The notes beneath the pieces were generated by a model. The model searched no databases, had not been told where the DNA came from, and saw nothing but the letters and a program-made list of their open reading frames with translations. Shown piece after piece: positions 11,961-25,400 of a DNA stretch of 64,000 bases. Numbering within the stretch: the first letter of the stretch is position 1; each line of letters opens with the position of its first letter. Source of the DNA: Hyphochytrium catenoides (taxonomy: Eukaryota > Protista > Hyphochytriomycota); contig FLMG01000941.1 in NCBI GenBank assembly GCA_900088475.1, positions 124,001-188,000 of the forward strand. The letters run 5' to 3'. The translations under genes were made by a program, and so were the position numbers.

Positions 11961-14900
11961 ATCTAAGAACATCTCACTTGCTCTCTTTAGTTCTCTTTCA
12001 CGCACTTTTTGTCTCCCGTCCACTCACTCATTTGCGTTCTTGCCTCTCCTTGCTGATGTCTTCTATCTTCTCTCACTCTCTCTATTTTCCCCTTTCTCTC
12101 TCTGTCTCTTATGCTAATTCTTTCCTCATCATTCTCTCTTTCAACCTAGATACGCCCACTCCAAGCAGCACCTCAGCACGCAGAGTGTCCAGGAGAGAAA
12201 GAATAGACCCTCGCCTAAAAGCAAGCGGAGGAAGAGGAGGGGAGAGAGACAATAATTCCATACTAAGAAACAGCAGCAGAGCAAGCATCGCGGTAGACTC
12301 AGGAGACATTCTTCTTACGCCACGAGGCAGTTCTCTGTCTACTGACGGGGGTTTCGGAGCGTTGCCCAGAGAGAGAAGCAGAGCCAGCATTCGCAGTATC
12401 AACGTCGATGATCCTCTCTCTCTCTCTCTCCCTTCCCACGAAGACGGATCAGTGTCTTTGTCTCGCTCTTCTAGCGTTAGCTCTCTCAATAGTTTTGCTA
12501 GCGCTACCGGACAGGTGACGCCTATAACCTCGTCGCGGCACCCTAAGAAGAGAAAATCTTCTCTTCCGGTCTCAGTGGACGGGGATATCTCTGCACTTCC
12601 TTCTCTTGGGAGAGAGAGGCAGGACTCAAGGGTGAGCAATGGCTTACACCAGTCTCCTAGTGCACAGAACACTAGCAAAAAGGTAAGGCTCTAAGGAGCA
12701 GCGTTAGACAAGTGGTGGGAGAGAGAGATGGAAAGAGTTAGAGGGCGCCAAGCTCTAGCTTCGACTTTGCTCTGTAGTCCACGAGCTAAATGGCAGCTGT
12801 AGGAAAGAGAGAGATGAATGCTGAGAGGAGAGAAGAACATACTTGCTCTGAACCCTGCTGACTCAATCTTCGCAGGTGGTGCAGGAGCCGCAGAGGGAGT
12901 TCTCCTTCGAGGAACTTCTGGCAAAAGTCAAGGTAGGCCTGCACTTTTTAATTTTAATTTTTTGCCCTTGCATCTCTTGCACTCATTCGCTTACCGTCTT
13001 TGTCATCTCCTCCCCTAACTCGTAACTTTTCTCCGCTCTCTCTCTTTCTCTGTCTCTCTGTCGATCTCTCCCTGTTCTGCTCCTCTCTGTCCTCCCTTGT
13101 CGTTTGGCCATCAATGATACAGCACAATGAGCCGAAAGACTACTTGCCAAGTCCTCCCCTGACTCCCTCCGTGGTCCACACTGGTCGAGAAGAAGAGAGA
13201 GGAGAAAGAAAGGGCTGGACAAAATCATCGACCAGCGTCTTCAGCCCTTCGACTGCATCCGTAGACAGCCAGGAGGATCTGTTTGAGCAGATCCGGGCCC
13301 AAGTCATGGTACGCCGTTCTCTATTTCTATAAACCTTTCTTTCTCTCTTTGAAAGACCGATTGTCGCCTTTTCTCGATCTCTTTCCTTCTTTGGTACCTC
13401 CTCTCCCCTTCCCTTGCAAGATGAGGCTTTTTGAACCTTTGGCATTGAGGTGGCGTGGGCGAGCTCGCTTTATGAATGTGTGTCCGTGGCTCTCTCTTTC
13501 GTCTGTCTCTTGTATCTCTCTCTCTCTCTCTCTCTGAGACTGCGTCTCTTTCGAGGGCATTCACCTCTATCTTGCTTTTTTCGGTTGACCTCACGCTTGT
13601 CGTCATTAGCACAATGAATCCAGAGCAACACCTGTCCCTTTATCTCCTCCTCTTCCGCTGCGGACAAGTAGGCCGAGTGTGAACTCTTCTCCGTCGATCG
13701 ACCACCTGATTGCGCAGATCATGGTGGGAATGCTTCTATTCTCTTCATCTGCATCGTCGCTCTCTCGCCCTCTTCATGCTCTCTCTCTCTATCTCTATCT
13801 GTTACGCACACACACATACACTCTCCCTTTTCCTCTTCTCTCTTTCTCTCTGGTCTCTCCGATCTGCCAGTGGTGGTCCTGCTATGTCCATTAAAACTTC
13901 TCCAATCCTCCTGTCCCTCTTGGCTGTTGTGCTGTTTATCCTGTGTTGGTTTCCCTCATCGATTTCACCGTCTTCCCTTTCCTGTGAAGTACTTCGTTGG
14001 CTCAACTTCCATCGCACTCAACATGTTCATCTTGTTACTCCTTGTCCCTTTCCGCTAGGCCAATGCCAACGCATCTGAGCAAAGTGATAAGCAGAATGGG
14101 ACTCCAGAAAAGGGCACTTTAGAGGATGTCTCAAAGGGAACAGGTTTAGCAGACCTAAGGGACGAAGGACAAGCTCTTCGCCCTCTCTCCTCAGATGGGC
14201 TTGTCGACGCGGAAAAGATAATCAATGTCGAGGATAAGGTGTGCCTCTCTCTCTCCCCCTCTCCAGGCTCCGACGGTAGCCTTTCTCCCCATACAGAAGT
14301 GGTCCGCCTGAGGGATAGTTTCTCAATGAACCCTGCTCTTAGAGTCCGATGTCTATGCTACGCCTCTTTTGTGTCGAATAGCGCTCTTCTGGCTGTCTGC
14401 ATACCGTTGCCCTAAAATTTTTATGCAGAGCTTGCCAGCTCTTGTTCTCACAATCCTCTATTTTCTGAACAGGCGTTAAACCTAGTCGAGCGAAGCTCTC
14501 CAACAAGGTCGAGCGCAGAGTTGGAGCGCGAAGGAACAGCCGAAGAGAAGGAGGAGGAAGGGCATGATGCCGGAAGAGGTATACCCCCGACTAAACTGGA
14601 GGAAAGCATGGAACCACTGTCGGCCGGAAGCGTTGGCAGCGAAGTCCAAGGAATGTCAGAAGAGACGTCGTCTCTGCCCACCCCGGAGCCTGCGAAGGTT
14701 CATGACGAGGGTAATGATGTGGAGAGCGAGGAGCACCAGGCTCCAGGAAGAGAAGAAACAGCTCCAGCTGTTGACATAGAGGAAACAGGGAAGAGCGACA
14801 GTGCAGAGCAATCCCAAGTCCAGCGACTTGGTGAGGAACCCAATTATGCAACAGCCAAAGCACCTGAGAAGGCAAAAGAAGCCAAAGCACCTGAGAAGGC

Positions 14901-15905
14901 AGCAGAAGGGGAGAGGCAGAGTGAAAAGGAACCCCAACTGCAGCGTGTTGTCGAGGAAGCCGAGCAATCCACAGGCACATCGACTGAGGCAGAGTCCTCT
15001 AGTTCGGAGTTAAAAGAGGAGCGAGGATGGGAGGATAAGGAGTTGGAAGAGCCACAGACGCGAGAAGTACCCGAAGCGGGAGTCTTGGTAGCTCCATCAA
15101 AAAGAGAGGACAGCATGGACATCCTGGATGCCTCTCTGGAGCAGCTCTCACGTCCGGACCCTCTGCGTCTCTCCTCTGATGCTGCGATGAGGGAGCTTAT
15201 TCAAGCTTCTGCCTCGTTGAACTTCATTCTTAGTCCAGCCCATAGTGTCGCCACTCCCAGGAGCGAAAGAATTCAAGAGAGAGAGAGGACACTCTCAGCT
15301 CCCGCGCGATCGTTCAAAGTAGAGGAGGTAAGACTGTGGGTCACTATTACTTCTATGTGGGCTTCCTCTCTCTTGAAGGATGAGATAGCTAAGCGCTGCT
15401 TGCATGCTCGTCTCGTCCGAGCGCTGTCCGCTTCCCTCTTATTTTGCTCAGACAAGGCTTCGCCCGGGGTGCATTGCTTTTGCTTATGTTCTGCTGCGTG
15501 TACATGTCTCTCTTCCCTGCCGCGCGCTCTACTGGTGGTATACTCATCTTCTCCACTGTGGCTTATACTGCTTCCATTCTGGCTGTTGCCTTCTATGTGT
15601 TCCCTCTTTTCTACGTCGTCTTATCCTTCGCTTTGCTTCTTATCACTCTTCCCCTCTTCACTTCTGGGCTTGCACTTGCATGTGACTGATGTTGGATACT
15701 CTCTGTTCTCCTTCTCCTCCTCTCCGTCTGATCCTGCTTGCCCTCTATCGGGCACTAGGATGAGGAGACTAAGAAAGAGAGAGAGAGGAGAGAAAAGAAG
15801 GGCAAGAAGATCTCTTCCTCTGAGGCGATGATGTTAGGCGCGGGCATTGGGATCGGGATGGCCGTGGCGGTTGGTCTCTCTCTTCTCATGAGAGTGAGAC
15901 GATGA
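11753..15905 (+). CDS. Large low-complexity, likely disordered protein with a C-terminal tail anchor (7 exons; start uncertain)
   Basis: Six phase-consistent GT-AG introns join S/R-rich and E-rich exons. The protein ends MMLGAGIGIGMAVAVGLSLLMRVRR followed by TGA at 15903-15905. Confidence 0.65.
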
Positions 15906-16996
15906 CTCCTGTCAGTCTGATTCGCGATAAAGCTATTTATGTGGAGAGGGTCCGGAATATAGTGAACAATATTGTTGATGTGCACAGTTGCCCTGTGGTC
16001 AGTGGCGTGTAACGGACTTCAACTGCCATGACACTGTGTGTGTTTGAGTTGTACAAAGAGGGAGTGGGTTTGAGGTTGCTATTGTTAATATTTGCCAAAT
16101 ATAAACCCTTTCGGATGTGTTTGTTGACCCAGAGGATGAATGTGATAGGGAAGATGAGGCCAAGTCTATGATGGAGTGAAGGACAGAGCTCTCTCTCTCT
16201 CTCTCTCTCTCTCGCTCTCTCTCTCTCGCTCTCTCTCGCTCTCTCTCTGTCGCTCTCGCTCGCTCGCTCTCCTGCTCTCTCTTCTCCTTTTCTCCCCTCT
16301 CTCGTCCTTTTTCCTCTATCTATTCCTTTCTCCCTCTCTCTCTCTCTCTTTCTCTCTCTCTAGTCTATCTTTCTTTTTCTATCTCCCTTCGCTCTTCCTT
16401 CCTCTGTGTTTTCTCTCCTTCCTCTCTCTCTCCTGTCTTGTGCTGCCTGTTCCTCCATTCCTCTCTCTGATTGATTCATCTATCTTGTTGACCTTCGGCC
16501 CACCACCTTTCCATTTCTTATCTTGGCATCTTTCACTTCTGTTCCCTGTCTCTCGTTTCTTAGCACTTTCTTCTTCTTTGCCCACATGTAGACTGAAGTG
16601 TCGGTTGGAGAAGCTGCAGGTGCGCCGGTTACTAGGTCAGAAGCACCAAGATACACTCTAGGAGGCTACATCTCTCTCTCTCTCTCTCTCTCTCTCTNNN
16701 NNNNNNNNNNNNNNNNNNTGTCCCAAGTTCTCGTCTTGTATGCTCTGTTTCTCTCTCACTAGTCCTGACATGATTCTTCAGCCCAACCCCTTTCCTCTCT
16801 CCCTCTCTCTCTTCCTCTCTGTCTCTCTCCTCTCCTGTCACCGGTTCTCTCTCCTTCAAGCGCTCTCCCGCCATCAGCTTCAACAGAGCGCACTTTCCCC
16901 CGGCGCAGTTCTCTCCCAGACTTCAAACCTCATCATCCTGAGGAAGACGCTGCTTCACTTGTGACTGACGGGCGCGCTCACTTGCCTTAGCAAAAG

Positions 16997-17213
16997 ATGG
17001 CGATAGACAAAGAGACAAGAACGTTTCAGTCTCTCTCTCTTCCTCGGCATGATCTGTTCACTGTGGGCCTGCGCGGTGTTATTGCGCTGATCTATCTCTT
17101 CCACTGCATCGTCCATTCCTTCCTCCCATCGCTGGTAAGTCCTCTCTCTTCCCGTGTCTCCTCTTTCTCTTTCTCTCTCTTATCTGTTCTTCCGGCTGTC
17201 GTCGTGGTCCTCT

Positions 17214-17264
<51 letters not shown>

Positions 17265-18941
17265 ACCATGTGTCGCCACACATCTCACCTGCGTCGCTTC
17301 TTCCCCTAGAACACAGCGGACAATCAGCCCATTCGGAACTTCAAGGACCTTCCCACCAGCTTTCCCGTGCATTGGCCCTTCCTCCGTCTCTCTTACAATG
17401 GACTCTTCGCCACTCAGCTGTGGATGGCAGTCAGTGGCTTTGCCTTTGTTAGAGCTTTCTACAGAGAGCTGAGGCTGCTCCACCTGCAAAGAAAGAGACT
17501 GTCATCTCTTTCCCTCTCTCCTCTCTCTTCCATCCCTGCTCCTCTTCCTGCTAACGCTCTCATGTCCGCAGTCTTTGCCTTCTCGTCTCGTCTGACCAGG
17601 GACTGTTGCCATCTCTTTCTCTCTGGCGTGGGAGGAAGTCTTCTCTCTTATCTTCTCCTTCTCTCGGGTGCTTACGCGTCTTCTCCTTACCTCTGCGCGC
17701 AGAGTGGCTCACCTTGGCTCTGTGATACAATGCCGGGGAAGACGGTAGAGGGAGGAATGGGAGAGAGAGCAAGAGAAGTGCAGACTTGGCTCCGTTCTGC
17801 CCTGGTTACCATGTGGACAGGAGGGAGAGAGAAGGCCAATCTCTACAACCCTCATCTCTGGCTGCTTCCTCACCTTCTCTCAGGGATGATAGGTCTCTTC
17901 TTCATGTCTCTCTTCACGCTTCCCATGCGAACGAGCTGGAAGCTCTCTCTCTTCTCCATCTCCGTTCTCTACTGCCTTCAGCCTGTTGTTATCTACGGCT
18001 TAGGAGATTACGCGTCTCTCTTGGGAGGAATGGCAATTGGATTCTATGACGCCTTCTTCCACGACGATGGGGAGAGGAGGGAGAAGAGGGAAGAGAGGAA
18101 GGAGAGTGCGGCACCATCGGAGAAAAGTGGGGAAGAGAGGAAGCCCCACCGGTCCAGCTGGGCAGGGGAGAGCTCTCTCTCGTCGGCATCGCGTCTCTCT
18201 CCTCTTCGGAAGTCGCCAACGCAGGCTCTTCTCGCTTACTCTTTGTCCCTCTCCGAAACCGGAGTAAGTTCTCTCTTCTCCTGGGGCAAAGGAAGAGAGA
18301 ACAGAGACGTGCAGTGGCTTGGTCTGATGCTGTTCAGCGGCTATGTTGCTTCCTTCCCCTTGTATAATGCAGGGAAAGTCTCTCTCTATCATCCTCTGCT
18401 AGGATTAGAGGCGTTAGTAGGTCATAGCGGAGATGAGATAGGCGATGCAGAGAGAGGGCCTGACCTTTGCTACCGCGTGGGAGCCATCCTGATGCTTCTC
18501 TCTCTCTCTCAGCTCTCAAGTTTGAGGGCCTTTCTCTCTCTTCGTCTCTTTGTATGGCTGGGGAACATCTCTCTCTCAATGTACCTCATTCATGGACCTT
18601 TACTATGGAGCTTCGGTGCCTTTCTCTTCCGCTTTCTTCATGAGAGAGAGTTCGTGAGTTTTTATTCCTCGGTGGTTATCACATCCTTCTCTCTTTGCCT
18701 TGTTACTATTCTCCTAGGCTTTCTCTTCAGCGTCAAGGTGGAGAGCAAACTTCTCCATTGGAGCGCTGCCTTGGATGGCCTAGTGAGGGGAGAGAGGGGA
18801 CGGCACGTGGTTTTCTCTTCCTCTGACAGCTGCTGCAGGGGGACTGCCGGCTGTCATCAAAGAGGAAGTCTCAGGGCAGAAAATTTGCTTCCTCTAGATA
18901 GCAGCAGCCACAAGGAGACACAGCTGGTGGTCGCAGCCTAA
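16997..18941 (+). CDS. Acyltransferase family 3 (OafA/AT3-like) multi-pass membrane protein, 2 exons, about 589 aa
   Basis: Exons 16997-17134 and 17310-18941. Motifs GLRGVIALIYLFH, NGLFATQLWMAVSGF, YNPHLW and WLGNISLSMYLIHGPLL match the AT3 GLRG / FF-x-LSGF / LG-x-ISYS-x-YL-x-H motifs. Confidence 0.8.
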
Positions 18942-19847
18942 GCGATAGATATCGCTGGAAGATACGGGATGGGGGATGCACCTTTTGCTCTCTGTCACTT
19001 GAGTTCTTCTCTCTCTTTGTTCTCCTACACCCCCTAGCAACTCGGCTCCTTCAGTGCAAAGATGAAAAAGAAGAGAGAGCGATAAGGGAGAACCGAGAGA
19101 GAGGCAGACTAGACAGACAGACAGCCCGGGAGAGAGAGAGAGAGAGAGAGCGAAAGAGAACGAAATGAGGGAGAGACAGAGAAATGGGAGGGAGAGACAG
19201 AGAGAGAAAGAGAGAGGAGTTGAGGTCCTAGCTAGATAATGCAACCTTGCAACTCGGAATCCGTCCACACCGTGTGTGCACAGACACACACACAGAGAAA
19301 GAAAGGGATAGCTCAGGAGAGAGAGCTCTATCATCTCTACTTAGAAGTGTTCAGCACTACTCTTATAACCCTAAGCAATCCATACAAGAGGAATGAACAC
19401 ACAGGCTTCAAGCGGGGAGCAATGCCTTCCGACAGCTGTCATCGGGGTCGCTCTAGCTCCTGGTTTCCAACCAGCAGTCCGTTGAGAGACGAGCGCGACC
19501 CTTGATGCGCCGACATGAAGGACAGTGGTCACTTGAAAGTAGGACAGAGAGAAAAGTGTGAGAAAGCGATCCAGCTCTCTCCTGGAAATCGGGAAGGCTT
19601 CATCCATAGCGGCAGAATCCTCCTCACTGTCAGAGGAGACATCCTTTGAGGAGGACCTGTAGATCTATATCGTCTGTCTCGTTTGGCTTCTAATGTAGCA
19701 ATGCTCGAGCACGAACAACAGAGTGGTGGATGAGACATGGACCGTGGTCCTGTCAGCGTTGTTATTACTATGCTTATGTGATATGAAGCTGGGATATCAT
19801 CGTCGGTTTGAGGAAGTTCTGATGGGTGGTGAGGCGGGCAAAGCGAT

Positions 19848-21594
19848 TCATAGGCTGTAGAGTTCTGAGTACTTGGACTCCAGATAGGTAAGGAAGTTCT
19901 CGGGATCAAGCCTCTTCCCTGTTGCCTGGAGCAGCAGCTCATCAAAGTTTTCCGCCTGAGACCCTAACTGGTGGATGTTCTCCTTCAGCCACTGTCTCAG
20001 AGGCTGGAAGGCACCCTTTGCAATCATATCTTCAATATCGTGGAAAGCCTTCTTGAGTCCTTCTTGATACAGCTGGACAGCTATCATAGCTCCTAGACTA
20101 TAGCTGGGAAAGTATCCGATCATTCCTCCTGACCAGTGCACGTCCTGGAGGCATCCCTTCGCGTCGGATGGAACGTCAACTCCCAAGTACTGCTTCATCT
20201 TAGCGTTCCAGAGGCTGGGAACGTCGTTCACAGATAGTTTACCGCTTACAAGCATCTGCTCGATCTCAAAGCGAAGGATGATGTGGAGTGGATACGTGAT
20301 CTATAGTGGCAATAGCTCTTCTGTAAGTTCTTTGGCTGTGACAGATAGTATCTCATGCAAAAGCAGCTTCCTACCTCATCAGCATCGACACGGATAGTGC
20401 CGGGAGTGACCTCATTCACACAGCGATAGAAGTCCTCAGCGGTAGCTTCCTTAGTGTGAGGGAAGTAGCGATGAAAGATAGGTGTGGCAAACTGCCAGAA
20501 AGCCTTCGACAAGAAGATCATTCTCTCCCAGAGAAGGCTCTGGGACTCATGGACTGCCATTCCTAAAGTCTTTGCGACTGGAGTACCTTCGAACGGTGGA
20601 CTTGTATCAAGTCCTTGTTCGTACATCGCATGGCCAGCCTCATGGACGGTCTTGGAGATACCTTCCACCCAGTTCTCTACGGAGTACCTGAGTTGATGAA
20701 GTCATCTCAAGAAGACTAGCAAAGCATGAGGCAGTCGATAGCGTGGCGCAGATGATACTGACCTAGTCGTGATTCTTACGTCGGCAGGGTGAAACGCGAT
20801 AGTGAAAGGGTGAGTTGAGACATCAAGCCTGCCTCGAAGGAAGTCGAAGCCGATCTTCTGAGCGATTTCTAGACTCAGAGCCTTCTGCTTGTCAACGTCC
20901 CACAGTGGCCCGCCTTCAAGGCAACTGGGCCGCGCCTGGAGCCTTGACTTTGCGTTGGCGAGACGCTGAATAAGAGGAGGGAGTCTCTCTCGGACGGTAC
21001 TGAATATCTCGTTAACTCTCGCAATGTTGAGCTTCGGGTCGAACATATCCAAAGCCGTTTGATAAGGCTCTTGGGTCGGTTCCCTCAGTTTCAAGCACTC
21101 AATTTCAAGCTTCAGAACCTTCCTGAACTCAGCAGCAAACTTTGGATAGTTGTCTTCTGCGCGAGCTTCTTCCCAAGTCATATGACTAGTAGAATGCTGC
21201 TCTGTTAGCTTCGAGACAAGCTCTTTAGGGATTTGCTTGTTCTGATCAAAACGCTTCTTGATCAAAGCCAAATTTCGAGCTTCTTTAATTGACAAGGTGG
21301 GAAGCTCCTTCTCGGCGGCATCGATTAGATCTGAGTACTCTGCAGAGGTCTCCTTACCATGAACCACGACACTGAGCGCCGCAATCTGCTTCCCTCTCTT
21401 ATCTCCAGCTTTCTTAGGCATCATCACCTATAAGACCACCACGATGTCAACACAATCTCGCACTGCTGGTGGTCAATATGCGTGAAAGGAACATGAACCT
21501 GCTGGTCCCAGACAGCAATCGAGATGAGAGAATCCAGGCGTTCAATCTCTTGGACCTGCTTGATCAGAACGTCGTACTTGCGAACGGAGGCCAT
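19848..21594 (-). CDS. Metallocarboxypeptidase family M32 (carboxypeptidase Taq-like), 4 exons, 508 aa
   Basis: Exons 21594-21499, 21427-20763, 20687-20375 and 20300-19848 total 1527 nt. Motifs WDQQVMMP, GRLDVSTHPF, DVRITTRY, HEAGH (HExxH), HESQS, IRVDADE, YPLHIILRFEIE and GCLQDVHWSGGMIGYFPSY. Confidence 0.95.
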
Positions 21595-22411
21595 CTCTTC
21601 TTGTCAGTTTTCTTTTTCTATATAGAAAAATGATAAGGAGATTTATTGTATCCTTCTTCCTCCGCGCGCGGCGGTATGACGGCGCAGCTAGTAAAAAGAG
21701 TACTAAGAAGGGTGCTGACAACCCAGAATAATCTTGTTGAACAGTGAGCCTGAGCGAGCTCGGAGCGCGCCCCACAGGGAGCTCGTTAGTTTTCAACCAC
21801 AACAACCAAGAAGAAGATACCGCGTGCCAGAGCTGCTGCGCTGCTAACCTTGGTTCTGCGTTCACTCGTCGAAGATAGAAGGTCATTGTTGTTGAACAAA
21901 CAATAATGATTGATGGGGTGGTGGTGGTGGTGGTGCTAACATCCTAGGTAATAAAGAAAGAGACGAGCCAGTGTTGAAAAAGCGAGGAAGGAGAGACAAT
22001 CACTCTCGCAGTGACGTGTTGGCTCTTTCCTGGGAGTTGTGGTCCGCTTCTTGCTGTCTGCTCGATTTCCACTAACTGTTTTTAGGGACTGATTCTCTCG
22101 AAGCACCGCATCACCTTCAAGTCAGCTACCTGTCCTCCGCGAGTGGACGTGTATGTCCAGGCTTGCGCATATGGGTGTCTTAGCCTAAAGATATCTGTCA
22201 GCTCCAGACCGTCAGAGGTTAAGGTTGCAGCCGCTTCTTCTCGTCGATAATGGACGATCCTGCTAAGCTTAGCAACGAGAAGAGATGACTGTGACGCGTT
22301 CTATTGATCGGGTGTCTACCGTTGAATTCCTACTGATAAATCACTTTAGAGTTGCTCAATTGGCGCAGTAAAGGGCGCAGGGAGAAGTATGTCAAAATTT
22401 TGCTTTATATC

Positions 22412-25400
22412 TCAGTTCATTGACTGCAAAATGCCCTGCACTTGATCTATAAAGTACTGAGGGTCAGTGATGGCTAGGTAGGGCTCCGACCGTACTAAGT
22501 GGCGCTCCTTGGCAACGCTAAAGGGCACAGGCTGACCGGAGTGAGAGAACCGCGTGTCCACGATATGCGCGTGATCCCTAGTTTTAACAAGAGTCAGCGT
22601 GCCACAGAATGACCTTGAAGAGCAAATATATACAAGAGCGAAGGATCAAGTGAACGAACGAGACGACTGAGGAAGAGAACAACTGACCGAAGGATAGGAG
22701 GCAAGGAAGCGTTCTCCCCATCATGCTGGAGATAAAGTAGAGAGATTGAAAAGGGCCAAGGAGGAACAGCTGATAGGTTCATAGAAGACGTACTCTTCCA
22801 CATGGTCATCAAAGAACACTTCGAGGACCTTCGGGTCAGCCTCATCTATAAGGAAGACCTGGTGCAGCAACAAAGGAAAGGGGAACAAAGTCAGAGTGCG
22901 TAGGGATCAGCCCGCCAGCTGAACCAATTTTCAACGCGCATTCCTTTTGCGATGTTCCTAAGCCTTACCTTTCCGTACTCATCTCCTTCTGCATGGGCGC
23001 TCCACCATTCCCAGTAGTCCCTAACCCCGAACACTTTCCTCTCTTGAAGCTGCTGATTGATTGCCTTCTTCGCATCTTCGAAGCCGAAATGTAGACTTAC
23101 CCCTACGGTTGGGAACGGATAGGAAGGTGGTGGTAGGCGATTCGCATTAGACAAGTCCTCTAGAGAGGGCAGATAGGCCAAACCAGAAGAGCAAGACAGA
23201 GTGGAGAATGGGGAAACCTGATCAATGAAGAAGAGGAACATAGGAGTCTTACGCGAAAGGAGAGGAGCAGGAAACGGACAAAGAACATATAATATCGGAG
23301 GAAGAGAGAGAGAGAGAGATGAATAAGGTAGATTGCCAAATAGAGATATATAACGGAAAGAGAGAGAGAGTCAACGAGTAGAGAGAGAAAAAATGACAAT
23401 TGAACCGAGAGAAACAAGAAGAAAGGGCCTGAGAGCAAAGTCGAGAGAATGGGTTGGGGGTAAACGGCGAAAGGAAAGGAGAGAGAGAGCAAGTATGTGG
23501 GGAACATGAGTTGAATGTGGCTGACGACCTGGCTTCTCTTTATAAAATTGCACTGCACTTTCCCGGGTGGAGGAGAGGGAGGAGGGGACTTTCTCTAGAG
23601 TGCCTAAAGCAAGGACTAAGCCGTCTGAGCCCCAGCCATCTCGGTAAAAAACTCCATAGGGCTCATGGAGCCGGATGTCAGCAGGGAATGCTTCCTGTCA
23701 CTTTTGTCAGGTCCGAAAGCGAGCGATTGCAAACCTTGAAACTCAAGAGGAAGAGTAGCGGCCCTAATGAAAAAGTGAATGATCACAGGCACTGATATTG
23801 CTGCCAAGCACGAAAGAGGAACCGACAGAAGGGGGAAGCAGACTGTATGGTAAAAGGCATAAGCTCCAGAATTAGAGTTGCTAACATACCCCCAGATATA
23901 GAGGGTGCTTGCCCTGAGTCAAGAGCTCCAATTCCTGTGCCACCTAAGCAATATAAAAGCCAAGACGCAAGTCAACGGTTACTATTATACTGCGGCAGAG
24001 AGCGTATCGGGGGAGGTACCGTGTTGGATGCTGTCAGGACAGAAAAATAAGGAAGGGCATGATAATGGAGAGGAAGGCCCTGCCGAACTACTTCACGAAT
24101 GGGAGCATTGGAAGGAGAGAAGGTGCAGGGGTGCGGTCAGTACCTCTGGCAGATCGTCGCCGAAGGTTCTGAACACCATAGAGACTGAAAGATCCGGTCG
24201 CTTTCTCCCTTCCACAAAGAGGAAGTGGAGGAGATTGAGAAAGGAGGGCAATAAGTAGTATCTGTGAAGAGAAGGAGACCAGGGCGTTTTGATTAGAGAG
24301 GATTAGGAGAGAAGATGCAGTCATGGGGAAGTCACGCACTGAGAAGAGAAGAATAGCTGGACTCTACCATAGCAACAGTCTAAATAGAGGTGAAAAGAGA
24401 AATGTCGAAACTTTTCGTGGAGGGCAAGGGGAAGAGAAAATTTGCCGCTGGCAGATCCTGGCTTTACTGACCTGCCTAACTTGAAGCTCTCTGCTACTCT
24501 CCCCGCGGGTATACTCTTGGCTGCGCTCTATGACCACGAACGAAGAAAGCACGAGAGGATTAGGTAAGAAGCACTAGAGAGATGCAGAGTGGCCGCTCAT
24601 ATGAGACACCGCCAGAGAAGGTGCTCGAGAGATAGTAAGCGGTTTGCTTGAGGATAAATAGATTTAGGTCGCATATAGCCCAAGGATGGAATTTGATTGT
24701 AAGGCTGACCTCAGCCGTCTGTCTCAGACTCTCTGGAAACTGAAGGGAGCTCAGTATCCGCTCGCATTCCCCTTTGAATACCTCCCCCGGGGCCCCAGGA
24801 CTAGTAAAGTCTGACTGAAGAGCAGTCCGAAGCTTCTTTTGCTTCCTGGAGAGTTAGTAGGGGCGGGGACGTCAGATGTAGAGCCATACGAGGAAAGAAA
24901 TGTCCACGCCGCTGTGGAGCTATTGCTTAAGATAAGTTGAGCTTTTTTCTCTCTGGTGACACGTCTCGACCTACCTTGATCAAGTCTTACTCTCTCTTCT
25001 TCTTTGTGTCTCTAATTTCTAATGCTCTCTGTCTCCTTATCTTCTAATGATCAATCTTACTTGTTCATGTCCTTTACTTCTGCAGGGGCCATAGTTCCTG
25101 CCGAGAGTGAGACGTAGGGATGCTCTTCATCCACAAAGCTCTTGTAAGTCATCACTCCCTCATCGGAAAGGTTCAAAGGCCGGTGCACAGATGGTCTGTC
25201 AGAAATATACGTCCATAGACGCCTTGGCTGCAGAGAGAAGAGAGATGAAGAGGTTGAGATTGCCCCCGTCCCCCCCAAAACAACGCAGTGTGAGCCAGTT
25301 ATGTAGACCAGACGTAGGGGACAGACCGAGAGTAGGTAGGGCTAACAGGCAACAGAATAAACCCTTGAGGTGAGGTCGAGGAAGCCAGCCTTCTCTTTAA

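Noticed and set aside
21648-21655. GTATCCTT here and ATATCCTT at 57293-57300 match the U12 5' splice site
   Set aside because: Neither lies at an exon boundary of any gene on that strand, so chance matches are likely.
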